DNA from: Denitrobaculum sp. | GTDB lineage: Bacteria > Pseudomonadota > Alphaproteobacteria > Kiloniellales > Kiloniellaceae | Length of the DNA: 32,000 nucleotides | Assembly (NCBI GenBank): GCA_965225735.1 | Contig: CBDDBN010000025.1 | Coordinates: forward strand, 169,963-201,962 | Reading direction: 5' to 3' | Part shown: positions 22,238 to 29,403 of the stretch, in pieces | Layout: every line of letters begins with the position of its first letter | Position numbering within the stretch: position 1 is the first letter of the stretch | The notes under the pieces: model-generated | Told to the model about the DNA's origin: nothing | Database searches by the model: none | Seen by the model: only the letters and a program-made list of their open reading frames with translations | Program-made: the position numbers and the translations under genes

Positions 22238-22792
22238 TCATGAGACCGGCGCTTTTACGGTCATGGGCAGTCCCGCGACCATGAAAACCACCGAATCCGC
22301 CACCGCCGCCACCGCCTGATGCAGGCGGCCGGCATGGTCTCGAAAGTCTCGCGCCAATCGGTTCATGGGCACAATCCCAAGACCGACTTCATTTGAAACA
22401 AAGACGACCGGCCCCGCGAGCTCCGGTAGGGCCTTCACCAGGGTCTCGATCTCCACCTCAATCTCCCGCTCCTCCGCCATGAGGTTGGAGAGCCAGAGGG
22501 TCAGGCAATCCACCAGGATCGGCCGGTCCGCCTGCGCTTCACGGGTCAGGACCCCGGCGAGGTCCAGAGGTTCTTCAATCGTCGACCAGCGCTCGCCCCG
22601 CCGTTCCTTGTGGGCCGCAATGCGCGCGGCCATCTCGGAGTCCCGTGACGCCTGCCCCACCGCGGTGGCGATATAGAGGCAGTCGCCAGTCCCAGATTCG
22701 ACCAACTGCTCCGCATGGCGGCTCTTGCCCGAGCGGGCGCCGCCCAGGATCAGAGAGACGGCGGGAAGCGTCGTGAGGTCGTTCGGAGACAC
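22238..22792 (-). CDS. cobP: Bifunctional adenosylcobinamide kinase / adenosylcobinamide-phosphate guanylyltransferase
   Basis: 184 aa with a GTG start. P-loop LILGGARSGKSRHAE and the conserved VDCLTLWLSN block. First gene of cobP-cobW-cobN-cobO. Confidence 0.9.
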   Translation of the reverse strand: MSPNDLTTLPAVSLILGGARSGKSRHAEQLVESGTGDCLYIATAVGQASRDSEMAARIAAHKERRGERWSTIEEPLDLAGVLTREAQADRPILVDCLTLWLSNLMAEEREIEVEIETLVKALPELAGPVVFVSNEVGLGIVPMNRLARDFRDHAGRLHQAVAAVADSVVFMVAGLPMTVKAPVS

Positions 22793-22947
22793 CGGAGTCC
22801 ATAAGCCTTCAGAATTGCAAAGTGGCGGCGAGTTTCCTTAGCGGGCACGGCCGGCGCAAGGACAAACTGAATGGGGCAGAAAATCGCAGAAAATCAACAA
22901 GATCGGGCTGTGGTTCGCGAAACCCACGCTAACGCATATCACGTTGA

Positions 22948-23013
22948 ATTGCGGTCTCCGGCTGATCCGAACGCGTTGTGCTCCGCAAACGCTGCCTCGG
23001 ATCAGCCTGCAAC
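22948..23013 (-). promoter_or_regulatory. Structured cob leader element: 11-bp perfect inverted repeat whose 3' arm is part of a B12-box-like motif
   Basis: The minus strand reads GGTTGCA-GGCTGATCCGA-N26-TCGGATCAGCC-GGAGACCGCAA. AGCCGGAGACCGC resembles the cobalamin-riboswitch B12 box (AGCCAGGAGACCTGCC). I could not find the rest of the riboswitch core (GGGAA, GGTG..AA..CC, GCCACTG blocks) on either strand. Confidence 0.3.
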
Positions 23014-23161
23014 CACACTTATTCAATAGAACGCGATACACGCTAAATTGTGATCGCCCTGTGTGTGGCCGTCTGGGGTACGCGAACCCAGATGATTAAC
23101 CACGAGGCTGCTAACTCGACCGCCTCATCTCCATGAGACGGTGCAACCGGGAAATTGAACC

Positions 23162-23908
23162 ATGCTGAAACGAACCGCTTTGACCACACTGCAGATCTTC
23201 GTGATTCTCGCCGTGATCACCTTCATGCTGACCTCCGCCGTACGCGCGGCGGGCTTCCACGCACCGGCGTCACAGGCCAAGGCCTTGTCCGACAACGCCC
23301 AAGCTCAGAGCGGCGAAGTCATCAAGGCCGGATACTTCAAAAAGCGCCACGGCCATCGGGGCTACGGCCACCGGAAGTTCGGTCATAAAAAGTTTGGCTT
23401 CCGGAAGTTTGGACACAAACGGAAGTTTGGTCATCGTAAGTTCGGGCACCGCAGCTACGGCCACAGAAGCTTCGGACACAAGAAATTCGGCTTCCGCAAG
23501 TTCGGCCATAAGCGGAAATTCGGCCACCGGAAATTCGGTCATGGCAAGTTCGGCTTCAAGCGCCACGGCCACAAGGGCTACAAACACTCAGGCTACGTGC
23601 ACAAAGGCTACGGCCATAAGGGTTACGCGTACAAAAGCCACCGACACGACAAACACAGTCACAAGAGCCATGGTTACCATCAGCTCAGCGACGGCAAGTT
23701 CGATTACGGCGCCAGCAGCTATAAATCCACCGGCCCCAAACACCACGGCCATAACTTCAAAAACGGCAACAGCCAGAAGAAATTCGCCGTCAAGGTCCTG
23801 CCCCGCCGCAAGCCCGCGGTGAAAAAATTCAACTACGGCAGCAGCAAGTTCAAACAGAAATCCCCGAAACACCACGGGCATGATTTTAGGAATGAGCCGA
23901 GGTATTGA
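23162..23908 (+). CDS. Secreted or membrane-anchored histidine-rich tandem-repeat protein (KFGH[KR] repeats)
   Basis: 248 aa. N-terminal signal/anchor MLKRTALTTLQIFVILAVITFMLTSAVRA-AG, then about 100 aa of 5-6-aa repeats, then two KF[DN]YG..S..K...PKHHGH[ND]F modules. 30 His by hand count. The repeat codons differ almost only synonymously (see findings), which supports translation in this frame. Confidence 0.8.
   Translation: MLKRTALTTLQIFVILAVITFMLTSAVRAAGFHAPASQAKALSDNAQAQSGEVIKAGYFKKRHGHRGYGHRKFGHKKFGFRKFGHKRKFGHRKFGHRSYGHRSFGHKKFGFRKFGHKRKFGHRKFGHGKFGFKRHGHKGYKHSGYVHKGYGHKGYAYKSHRHDKHSHKSHGYHQLSDGKFDYGASSYKSTGPKHHGHNFKNGNSQKKFAVKVLPRRKPAVKKFNYGSSKFKQKSPKHHGHDFRNEPRY
23366..23542 (+). repeat. 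Internal 28-codon duplication (23366-23449 and 23459-23542) within the KFGH repeat array
   Basis: The encoded peptides are GHRKFGHKKFGFRKFGHKRKFGHRKFGH and GHRSFGHKKFGFRKFGHKRKFGHRKFGH. By hand comparison, 19 codons differ synonymously, 1 non-synonymously, and 8 are identical. Confidence 0.9.
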
Positions 23909-23930
23909 TGGGTGGCATATAGAAAAGGTT

Positions 23931-23961
23931 GTAAGACCCAATATAGCGATCTTACTTTTCC
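23931..23961 (+). terminator. Weak candidate intrinsic terminator after the His-repeat gene
   Basis: GTAAGA-N13-TCTTAC followed by TTTTCC. The stem is only 6 bp and AT-rich. Confidence 0.3.
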
Positions 23962-24452
23962 GCTAGTCAAACTCAAAAAATATCTAAACGCTCAACTCCA
24001 ATGGACAAACTTACCGCCCCATTCTTAGCTCGAAATTGAAGATAATCTTAGCGATCTAAGAATAACCAAGCGCTCCCGCGTAGAAGAACTCTACCTGAGA
24101 AATCCAGGGCAGCTCACTATGTCCCCGGCAATTGCGGAACCGGGAAAGTTCGTTTCCCAGCGCTCTCGATAACCTAATCGCCGACAAAGGTCGATCACAA
24201 AGCCACAGATGCTGTTTTCACACCTTTCGACGAGCACAGGGTCAAGTTAAAGGCTGTGGGGTTCCTCACATTCTACAACATGCATCAGTCACATAATCAA
24301 ACTTAGTTTTTACCTACTTCATACCATTACCCCGCGTTCGCCAGTGTCAAGAATCTCCGCAGCCTCGGAGTTGCCCTAGCCCGAAGTCTACCGCAACTCG
24401 CTAGCGAATGGTTTGGATCCGACGAACGGTTGGGAAATTGAGAGGCTCGGCG

Positions 24453-27263
24453 ATGAAAAAGTTCGCTTTGGTTGCACTAATTCTTTTGACCGCTTCTGCT
24501 TGTGGTAATCCGTACGGACTAAAATTCGACAGTGTTAACCTAGACGCCGATCAACAGAAAGGCGTAATCCAATTCACTGACCCCAAACTCTACAAGCGCG
24601 AAGCTCTTATTAACGAAAGGAAAAGAGAGCGAGCCTATCTCAAAAAACTACTGGACAAGACTGAAGAAGATACTTTCGCAATTGAACCCGAGATCGTTCG
24701 AGAACTCGAAACCATTCAAGCATTTTCAGCGAGCCTTGGCCTGAAAATTGATCCCACTGCGGGCGCCAACTTTCAAAGAGACACAGAAATAGCAGAACTC
24801 AAACATCAATTTGAGCTGACTCGTCTCGACATGCAGCTATCTCAATTGAAACGCGACGCCGAACTTCTCAACGACCAACTATCGAATCAACAAACGCTCT
24901 CCCAATCAGTTGGAACGCCTTCCGGCAGCACAACCGTAAACAGCAGTGTCACACCCCCAGATCCAACAACACTCATTACTAAGATCGAAGATCTTAGGGC
25001 CAAACTTGAAAACCGGCTTAATGCACAAGTCTCTCAACCGCGGAAAGTTTCCACTGCTGTCGCTGGACCTATAGACACGCTTAACGATATTTCCGCTTAT
25101 CGCAACGCTTTAAAGAGCGCAATGAACACAGTGAGCTTAGATGAATTGCACGACAAAGGAGGCAATTCCCTTTTTCGCGTGCAACTTAAAGCGACTGTGC
25201 TTCCGGGCGACAAAGATTATCTAGATACGCTCGGTGTCTTGCGGATGGAAATCGGAAAACCAACTTGGACGGTTGACGATAAGCGGGAGCTATATCTCAA
25301 ATGGCTCCTGCATGTGAACCGCAATCTCAATCTGGTTCCCGATCCCCAAAACGCAACGGATGAAAAACGGATAAGGACGAGCCCAGGTCTAGTCACTCTT
25401 GGACAGATTGGTGATCTCTACGAAATCACCTTACTGGAGATACCAAAGCAAGGAACGACTGAAATAAGCAATGATATTGGTGCTTTTCGGTGTAAAGGAG
25501 TTCAGCAAACGGAGCGCTTTCCAGATGCTTGTTGGTACGTCAGAGTAGCAACACCTCCACTATCGTCCAGTGGTGTTACTTTAGCTCAAATGCTTGACCA
25601 AAGCGTTCAGTTCTCTTCCCGAGTAACTGGCACACTACTTGGTGCACGCAAAAGCCTTATTGAGGGAAAAGGCTTCGACGGCATCCCACTTCCTGAAAGT
25701 ACATCAATCCTTAATATGGACTGCAAAACTTTCGTATCAGCCGAAAATGAAACGTTCATCCTGCAACGCACTGATGACCGGAACCGGAAAGGCACAACAC
25801 TAAAAGCTGCGTTAGTTCAGGCACAATCAGTTCGCACCTGGTGGCCCTATGCTTCTGCCGTTATCGGTTTCCTGACCGAGTTTCAATTCGGCAATGGCCC
25901 ATCGGAACAAGCCATTCCAAAACAACTCACCCAAGTATTGACGCGGTTCCGTTCGGTTCACGAAGCGGCAGGCGCATTTCTAATCGAGCTTGCAAAAAGA
26001 AACCCATCTTGCAAAGCACAGATCCTAACGCCGGCCATCACAGTCACTCCTGATGTTTTCAAAGCAATCATTGAAAGCGCAAATCCAAGAGTCTCAGTCT
26101 ACGATGTAGCTCCGACAGAGCGAGTCCAGAGGATATCGACAGCAGCTAGAGCAGCCGACGCTATCGCTCTTGCAGCTGCGGCAACCGGACAACTTCCGAG
26201 TCACGGTATTGGGTTGAGCGGCAATTTCGCTTATTCACGGACGGCAACTGGCAAGGCAGATGCATTGGAACGCGCACCACTTGTCGTTGGTTTCGCTGAG
26301 CCTGGAGCCGACACGAATCAACATAAACCTTCATTCGGCTGGCTTCTCGGGCCTCAGATTGGCTTGAATCCAGAGGACCAATCCCTCTTTCTAAGCCAGC
26401 GCGTAAAGCCTTATGAACTATATGCCGATCTGTCTTTGCCGGGTTGGTGGCCTCACTTCGAACTCAGGACTTTTACTGCTTGGGCACCCGAATGGCGTTC
26501 GACAACAGATGGTTCAACAATAACATCCGAGGCCCTTAAGCGCGTTGTAACAGTTCCGATGGAGCACAATGCCGCCGATCTTGATGGCTTAACATCCTTG
26601 ATCCTAGAAACAACCACCGGCGAACGCGTGGCATACCCCACCATACTCTCAATCGAACCACCTGAAGTATCAGCGTGCGCCGACAACATCGAACTCCAAG
26701 TACGCGGCGAAAACATCTGGCGGGCTTCCCTAGTCCATATCGGTGGTCTTGCTATCAAAGACGCAAGCATCGAAGTGCTTCCAGATATGCGAGGTGTATT
26801 GGTCTCCGTGCCCACTAAGGATATACCTAAAATCGACAATGGACAGAATCTCGTTACCGTATGGACCAAGGATGGCCCTGCTTCCTTCCCCATCTCTTTC
26901 GACAACAAACGCAAGGCCGATGGAACATGTGAAGCCCGAACGGCTCCAGCACCGCAGCCCAAAGGTCCGGTTATTACGAGTGTTGCGCCTTCTGCTATCT
27001 CTGTCTGCGATACTGACGCAGTTTTTACAGTAGTCGGAAAAAATCTTCAAAACATTGGCAGCGCAGTCTTAGGCACAATGACCGCAAGCAGCGTGAGCGA
27101 GGTCGGGCCTCGAAACGGCACGGTATTAGAGATCAAAGTGAACGGCATCGATGGAAAGAAAAAGATCGACGCCCTTCAATTCATAAACTTGGCTATCCGG
27201 ACGCCTAAAGGTGCCACAACTGCCGATATCAACGTCGTCCAGTCACCGACAAGATGCAAATAG
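24453..27263 (+). CDS. Large orphan lipoprotein (936 aa): coiled-coil N-terminal region and two C-terminal Ig/IPT-like modules
   Basis: Start re-called at the ATG at 24453 (MKKFALVALILLTASA-C, lipobox-compatible), with GAGAGG 8 nt upstream. Residues about 62-210 are heptad-like and charged (KRERAYLKKLLDKTEED..., LKHQFELTRLDMQLSQLKRDAELLNDQL). Using track-ORF (24408-based) numbering, aa 744-832 and 854-946 each read like an IPT/TIG Ig-fold (P.I.S..P..vs.C......v.G.N........G...). I recognise no family. Confidence 0.8.
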   Translation: MKKFALVALILLTASACGNPYGLKFDSVNLDADQQKGVIQFTDPKLYKREALINERKRERAYLKKLLDKTEEDTFAIEPEIVRELETIQAFSASLGLKIDPTAGANFQRDTEIAELKHQFELTRLDMQLSQLKRDAELLNDQLSNQQTLSQSVGTPSGSTTVNSSVTPPDPTTLITKIEDLRAKLENRLNAQVSQPRKVSTAVAGPIDTLNDISAYRNALKSAMNTVSLDELHDKGGNSLFRVQLKATVLPGDKDYLDTLGVLRMEIGKPTWTVDDKRELYLKWLLHVNRNLNLVPDPQNATDEKRIRTSPGLVTLGQIGDLYEITLLEIPKQGTTEISNDIGAFRCKGVQQTERFPDACWYVRVATPPLSSSGVTLAQMLDQSVQFSSRVTGTLLGARKSLIEGKGFDGIPLPESTSILNMDCKTFVSAENETFILQRTDDRNRKGTTLKAALVQAQSVRTWWPYASAVIGFLTEFQFGNGPSEQAIPKQLTQVLTRFRSVHEAAGAFLIELAKRNPSCKAQILTPAITVTPDVFKAIIESANPRVSVYDVAPTERVQRISTAARAADAIALAAAATGQLPSHGIGLSGNFAYSRTATGKADALERAPLVVGFAEPGADTNQHKPSFGWLLGPQIGLNPEDQSLFLSQRVKPYELYADLSLPGWWPHFELRTFTAWAPEWRSTTDGSTITSEALKRVVTVPMEHNAADLDGLTSLILETTTGERVAYPTILSIEPPEVSACADNIELQVRGENIWRASLVHIGGLAIKDASIEVLPDMRGVLVSVPTKDIPKIDNGQNLVTVWTKDGPASFPISFDNKRKADGTCEARTAPAPQPKGPVITSVAPSAISVCDTDAVFTVVGKNLQNIGSAVLGTMTASSVSEVGPRNGTVLEIKVNGIDGKKKIDALQFINLAIRTPKGATTADINVVQSPTRCK

Positions 27264-27297
27264 CTCTGCTCTAGAACAGCGTGAGAGGAGAACCACC

Positions 27298-27492
27298 ATG
27301 GAAAGAGGCCGCGTTAAGTCATTTGGAGGCGGTCAAGGCACTATTGAACCTGATGAAACTGGGAAGCCGGATGTGTTTTTTCTGAGTACTGTTGTCGAGG
27401 GCTCCAAAACACCCGCTGTCGGCGCCGCTGTCGAATATAAACTTTATCAGAGTGGCGGCGAACCTGAAGCAAAGAGGGTGGTGATTATTTGA
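27298..27492 (+). CDS. Cold-shock-domain-like small protein (64 aa) with degenerate RNP motifs
   Basis: ATG at 27298, preceded by GAGAGGAG. MERGRVKSFGGGQGTIEPDETGKPDVFFLSTVVEGSKTPAVGAAVEYKLYQSGGEPEAKRVVII aligns by eye with CspA (G.VK.F....G.I.PD..G.DVF..S......G..V....sG...A..V). RNP1 KGFGFI is replaced by GGGQGTI and the RNP2 His is lost. It lies 34 bp after the lipoprotein gene. Confidence 0.6.
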   Translation: MERGRVKSFGGGQGTIEPDETGKPDVFFLSTVVEGSKTPAVGAAVEYKLYQSGGEPEAKRVVII

Positions 27493-27568
27493 AGTCACTA
27501 AATGTATGACCAAAAACTATTGGGGAGCGTAGCGACCAACATTCCTTTCGTACATAGTAATTAGGCAC

Positions 27569-27600
27569 GGATTTCTTGTTGCATTAAGAATCCAGTTTTA
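27569..27600 (+). terminator. Weak candidate terminator after the cold-shock-like gene
   Basis: GGATTTCTT-gttgcatt-AAGAATCC (8-bp stem with one bulge) followed by AGTTTTAAAA. Confidence 0.3.
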
Positions 27601-27653
27601 AAATCATGTTCGATAACCCGCGAAATTCCAGTGACACAGCACCCAAGTTTCGG

Positions 27654-27680
27654 CGCGAATTACAGAAACATAATGCTTAA
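27654..27680 (+). repeat. Left copy of the IS-flanking direct repeat CGCGAATTACAGAAACATAATGCTTAA
   Basis: Aligns with 29236-29260 (CGCGATTAGACAACATAATACTTAA) at 22 of 27 columns. The core AACATAAT[G/A]CTTAA matches at 13 of 14. Confidence 0.7.
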
Positions 27681-27978
27681 TTATTCGGTCGGGCGAACTA
27701 CCTCTTTCTTTTAGAAATGACGATGAACTTGGCTGGAGAGTCAAGACATCGGGCGTTAAACCAGCAACCGATCACGCCCAAACAAGGACCCAATCCCGCT
27801 TGCTCGGTGACGATCTCATCGGACCGATCCAATTGAGCTATTGTGTCGTGTGTCTGGTCCGTGTGTCGGGGATATTGAAGCATCGGGGACATGGCCGTAA
27901 TCGCGGCTGGTCACGCTCCGAGCCTATAGTAGGGGTTCTGTGTTGAGCAGCCCCAGTAGGCCATGAAGGAGCGCGACC

Positions 27979-29007
27979 ATGGAGTATTATATCGGTTTGG
28001 ATGTGTCCCTGAAAGAAACCCATCTTTGTTTGGTCGATCAGGCAGGTAAGGTTCTTGGCCGGCGCCGGGAAGTGAGCCGTCCGGATCTTCTGGCTTCGGC
28101 GATCAGGTCTCTTGCGCCCGAGGTTCGGTTGGTTGTTCTGGAGACGGGTGGACAATCGAGTTGGCTGCAGCGCGAACTGAGCGCTTTGGGTGTGCCGGCG
28201 GTGATCGTCGATGCCCGACGCGCCAAAGCGGCCTTGAGTTGCCGGATGAACAAGAGCGATGCCAATGACGCGGAAGGCTTGGCGCAGTTGGCCCGCACCG
28301 GCTGGTACCGGGAAGTGGCCGCCAAGCGGCCGGAAGCGCGCCTGGCGCGGGCGTCTTTGCTGGCCCGTCAGCAACTGGCGAAGCAGCGGCGCGATCTGGA
28401 GAACTGCATCCGGGCGCTGTTGCGGGGTTTTGGTCTTCCTGTTGGGATGGTCAGCCGGCGCGGTTTCGAAGCGCGGGTGTGGGAGTTGCTGGGTAAGGAA
28501 ACTTTACTGGAAGAGGCCGTGGCGCCTCTGCTGCAGGCCCGCCGTGGCTTACTGGTTCAGATCGAGGTGCTGGAACGTGACATCAAGGCTCTGGCAGCGG
28601 CCTCTGCGGTCTGCACGCGCCTGATGAGCGTTCCCGGTGTGGGTCCTATGACGGCGCTGGCCTTTGTGAGCGCCATCGACGATCCGGACCGCTTTACACG
28701 CTCGAGCGCGGTGGGTGCCTATCTCGGCCTGACCCCTCGACGTCATCAATCGGGTGAAGTCGACTGGTCCGGCCGGATCTCCAAGCGGGGCGATGCGCTC
28801 GCGCGGCACATGCTCTATGAAGCGGCCAATGCCTTAATGGTCAGGACCAAGAAGTGGTCGGCCCCCAAGGCCTGGGCCTTGCGCAAGGCGGCCCGCATCG
28901 GCCCCAAGAAAGCTCGGGTGGCCCTGGCCCGCAAGCTTGCTGTGGTCCTGCACCGTATCTGGGTCGATGGCAGCGAATTCCGTTGGACGAAGGAGGAAAC
29001 CGCCTAA
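27979..29007 (+). CDS. IS110-family transposase (DEDD N-terminal domain plus C-terminal Ser-type domain)
   Basis: 342 aa. MEYYIGLDVSLKETHLCLV (first D), VVLETGG (E), NKSDANDAEGLAQLARTGWY (D..D), and C-terminal SVPGVGPMTALAFVSAIDDPDRFTRSSAVGAYLGLTPRRHQSGE...RISKRGD. RBS GAAGGAG. Confidence 0.95.
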   Translation: MEYYIGLDVSLKETHLCLVDQAGKVLGRRREVSRPDLLASAIRSLAPEVRLVVLETGGQSSWLQRELSALGVPAVIVDARRAKAALSCRMNKSDANDAEGLAQLARTGWYREVAAKRPEARLARASLLARQQLAKQRRDLENCIRALLRGFGLPVGMVSRRGFEARVWELLGKETLLEEAVAPLLQARRGLLVQIEVLERDIKALAAASAVCTRLMSVPGVGPMTALAFVSAIDDPDRFTRSSAVGAYLGLTPRRHQSGEVDWSGRISKRGDALARHMLYEAANALMVRTKKWSAPKAWALRKAARIGPKKARVALARKLAVVLHRIWVDGSEFRWTKEETA

Positions 29008-29235
29008 GGCACCAAATACACTAAGACCAGTTCCGTCCCCGCCGGGACGCGAGGCTCGGGCTCATCCCGCAAGTATTGTTGCGCCCCGAAAGGGACAAAC
29101 GCGTGGCAGGGACATTGGGAAGCCTGGACCTCTTGGAAGCCATCCTGCGGCGAGCCTCATGAAAGGCCCATCAGACCGCGTAGACAACCATGATACCGGC
29201 GGTGACGTACAAACCGGAGCTTGACCGAAACACTC

Positions 29236-29260
29236 GCGATTAGACAACATAATACTTAAC
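29236..29260 (+). repeat. Right copy of the IS-flanking direct repeat
   Basis: See 27654-27680. It sits exactly at the right-hand GC drop. Confidence 0.7.
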
Positions 29261-29403
29261 TCAGCGCTCCTGCTCAGGTCTCAAAAAAGATTCTTAAGGT
29301 TTCTAGCGGTGAACGCAACGCTCCGCGTCGGGCATGTGCGGCGGTAAGGCACGCTGTAGGACTCGGGCGGTGGCAACGACGTAATCAGCGTCCGGCTGTG
29401 ATA

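Larger units (their letters stand above)
27654..29260 (+). mobile_element. IS110-family insertion sequence (boundaries approximate)
   Basis: Contains a single DEDD-type transposase ORF. GC steps from about 30% to above 55% near 27,720 and drops again at 29,241. The element is bracketed by an imperfect direct repeat (27654-27680 and 29236-29260). The non-coding ends are about 300 nt (5') and about 240 nt (3'). Confidence 0.75.

Noticed and set aside
22838-23041. 67-aa ORF in the cob leader
   Set aside because: It is Cys/Arg-rich with no RBS and coincides with the structured leader or hairpin. It is most likely non-coding.
22793-23161. Calling a canonical cobalamin riboswitch (or a NiCo/czcD-type metal riboswitch) in the cob / His-repeat intergenic region
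   Set aside because: Only a B12-box-like 13-mer is visible. I could not find the conserved core blocks on either strand, and nothing resembles the NiCo four-way junction consensus as I recall it. It is therefore reported only as a low-confidence structured element that needs cmsearch.
23270-23941. Alternative open frames across the His-repeat gene: the +2 frame Ser/Thr/Ala-rich 142-aa ORF (23394-23822) and two antisense ORFs (23270-23587, 23588-23941)
   Set aside because: The repeat unit lacks stop codons in several frames. Only the 23162 frame has a signal peptide, and only that frame shows the 19:1 synonymous to non-synonymous pattern between duplicated blocks.
24408-24452. Track start (24408, non-ATG) for the large lipoprotein
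   Set aside because: The ATG at 24453 gives a textbook lipoprotein signal (MKKFALVALILLTASAC) with an RBS. The 15 extra residues would bury the signal peptide.
27211-27297. Upstream start (27211) for the cold-shock-like ORF, overlapping the end of the lipoprotein gene
   Set aside because: The ATG at 27298 has a strong GAGAGGAG RBS and gives the canonical 64-aa CSD length. The extension overlaps the upstream coding region.
27841-27870. GTGTC x3 short direct repeats (tGTGTCgtGTGTCtggtccGTGTGTC) as a possible CRISPR-like or iteron array
   Set aside because: The units are only 5-nt, irregularly spaced, and lie inside the IS110 5' non-coding end. They are far too short for CRISPR and are at most part of the IS regulatory or RNA region.
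27838-28374. 178-aa ORF antisense to the IS110 transposase, and the 64-aa ORF at 27698-27892
   Set aside because: Both are antisense to or overlapping a confidently identified transposase or its non-coding end. Arg/Pro-rich composition and no RBS.
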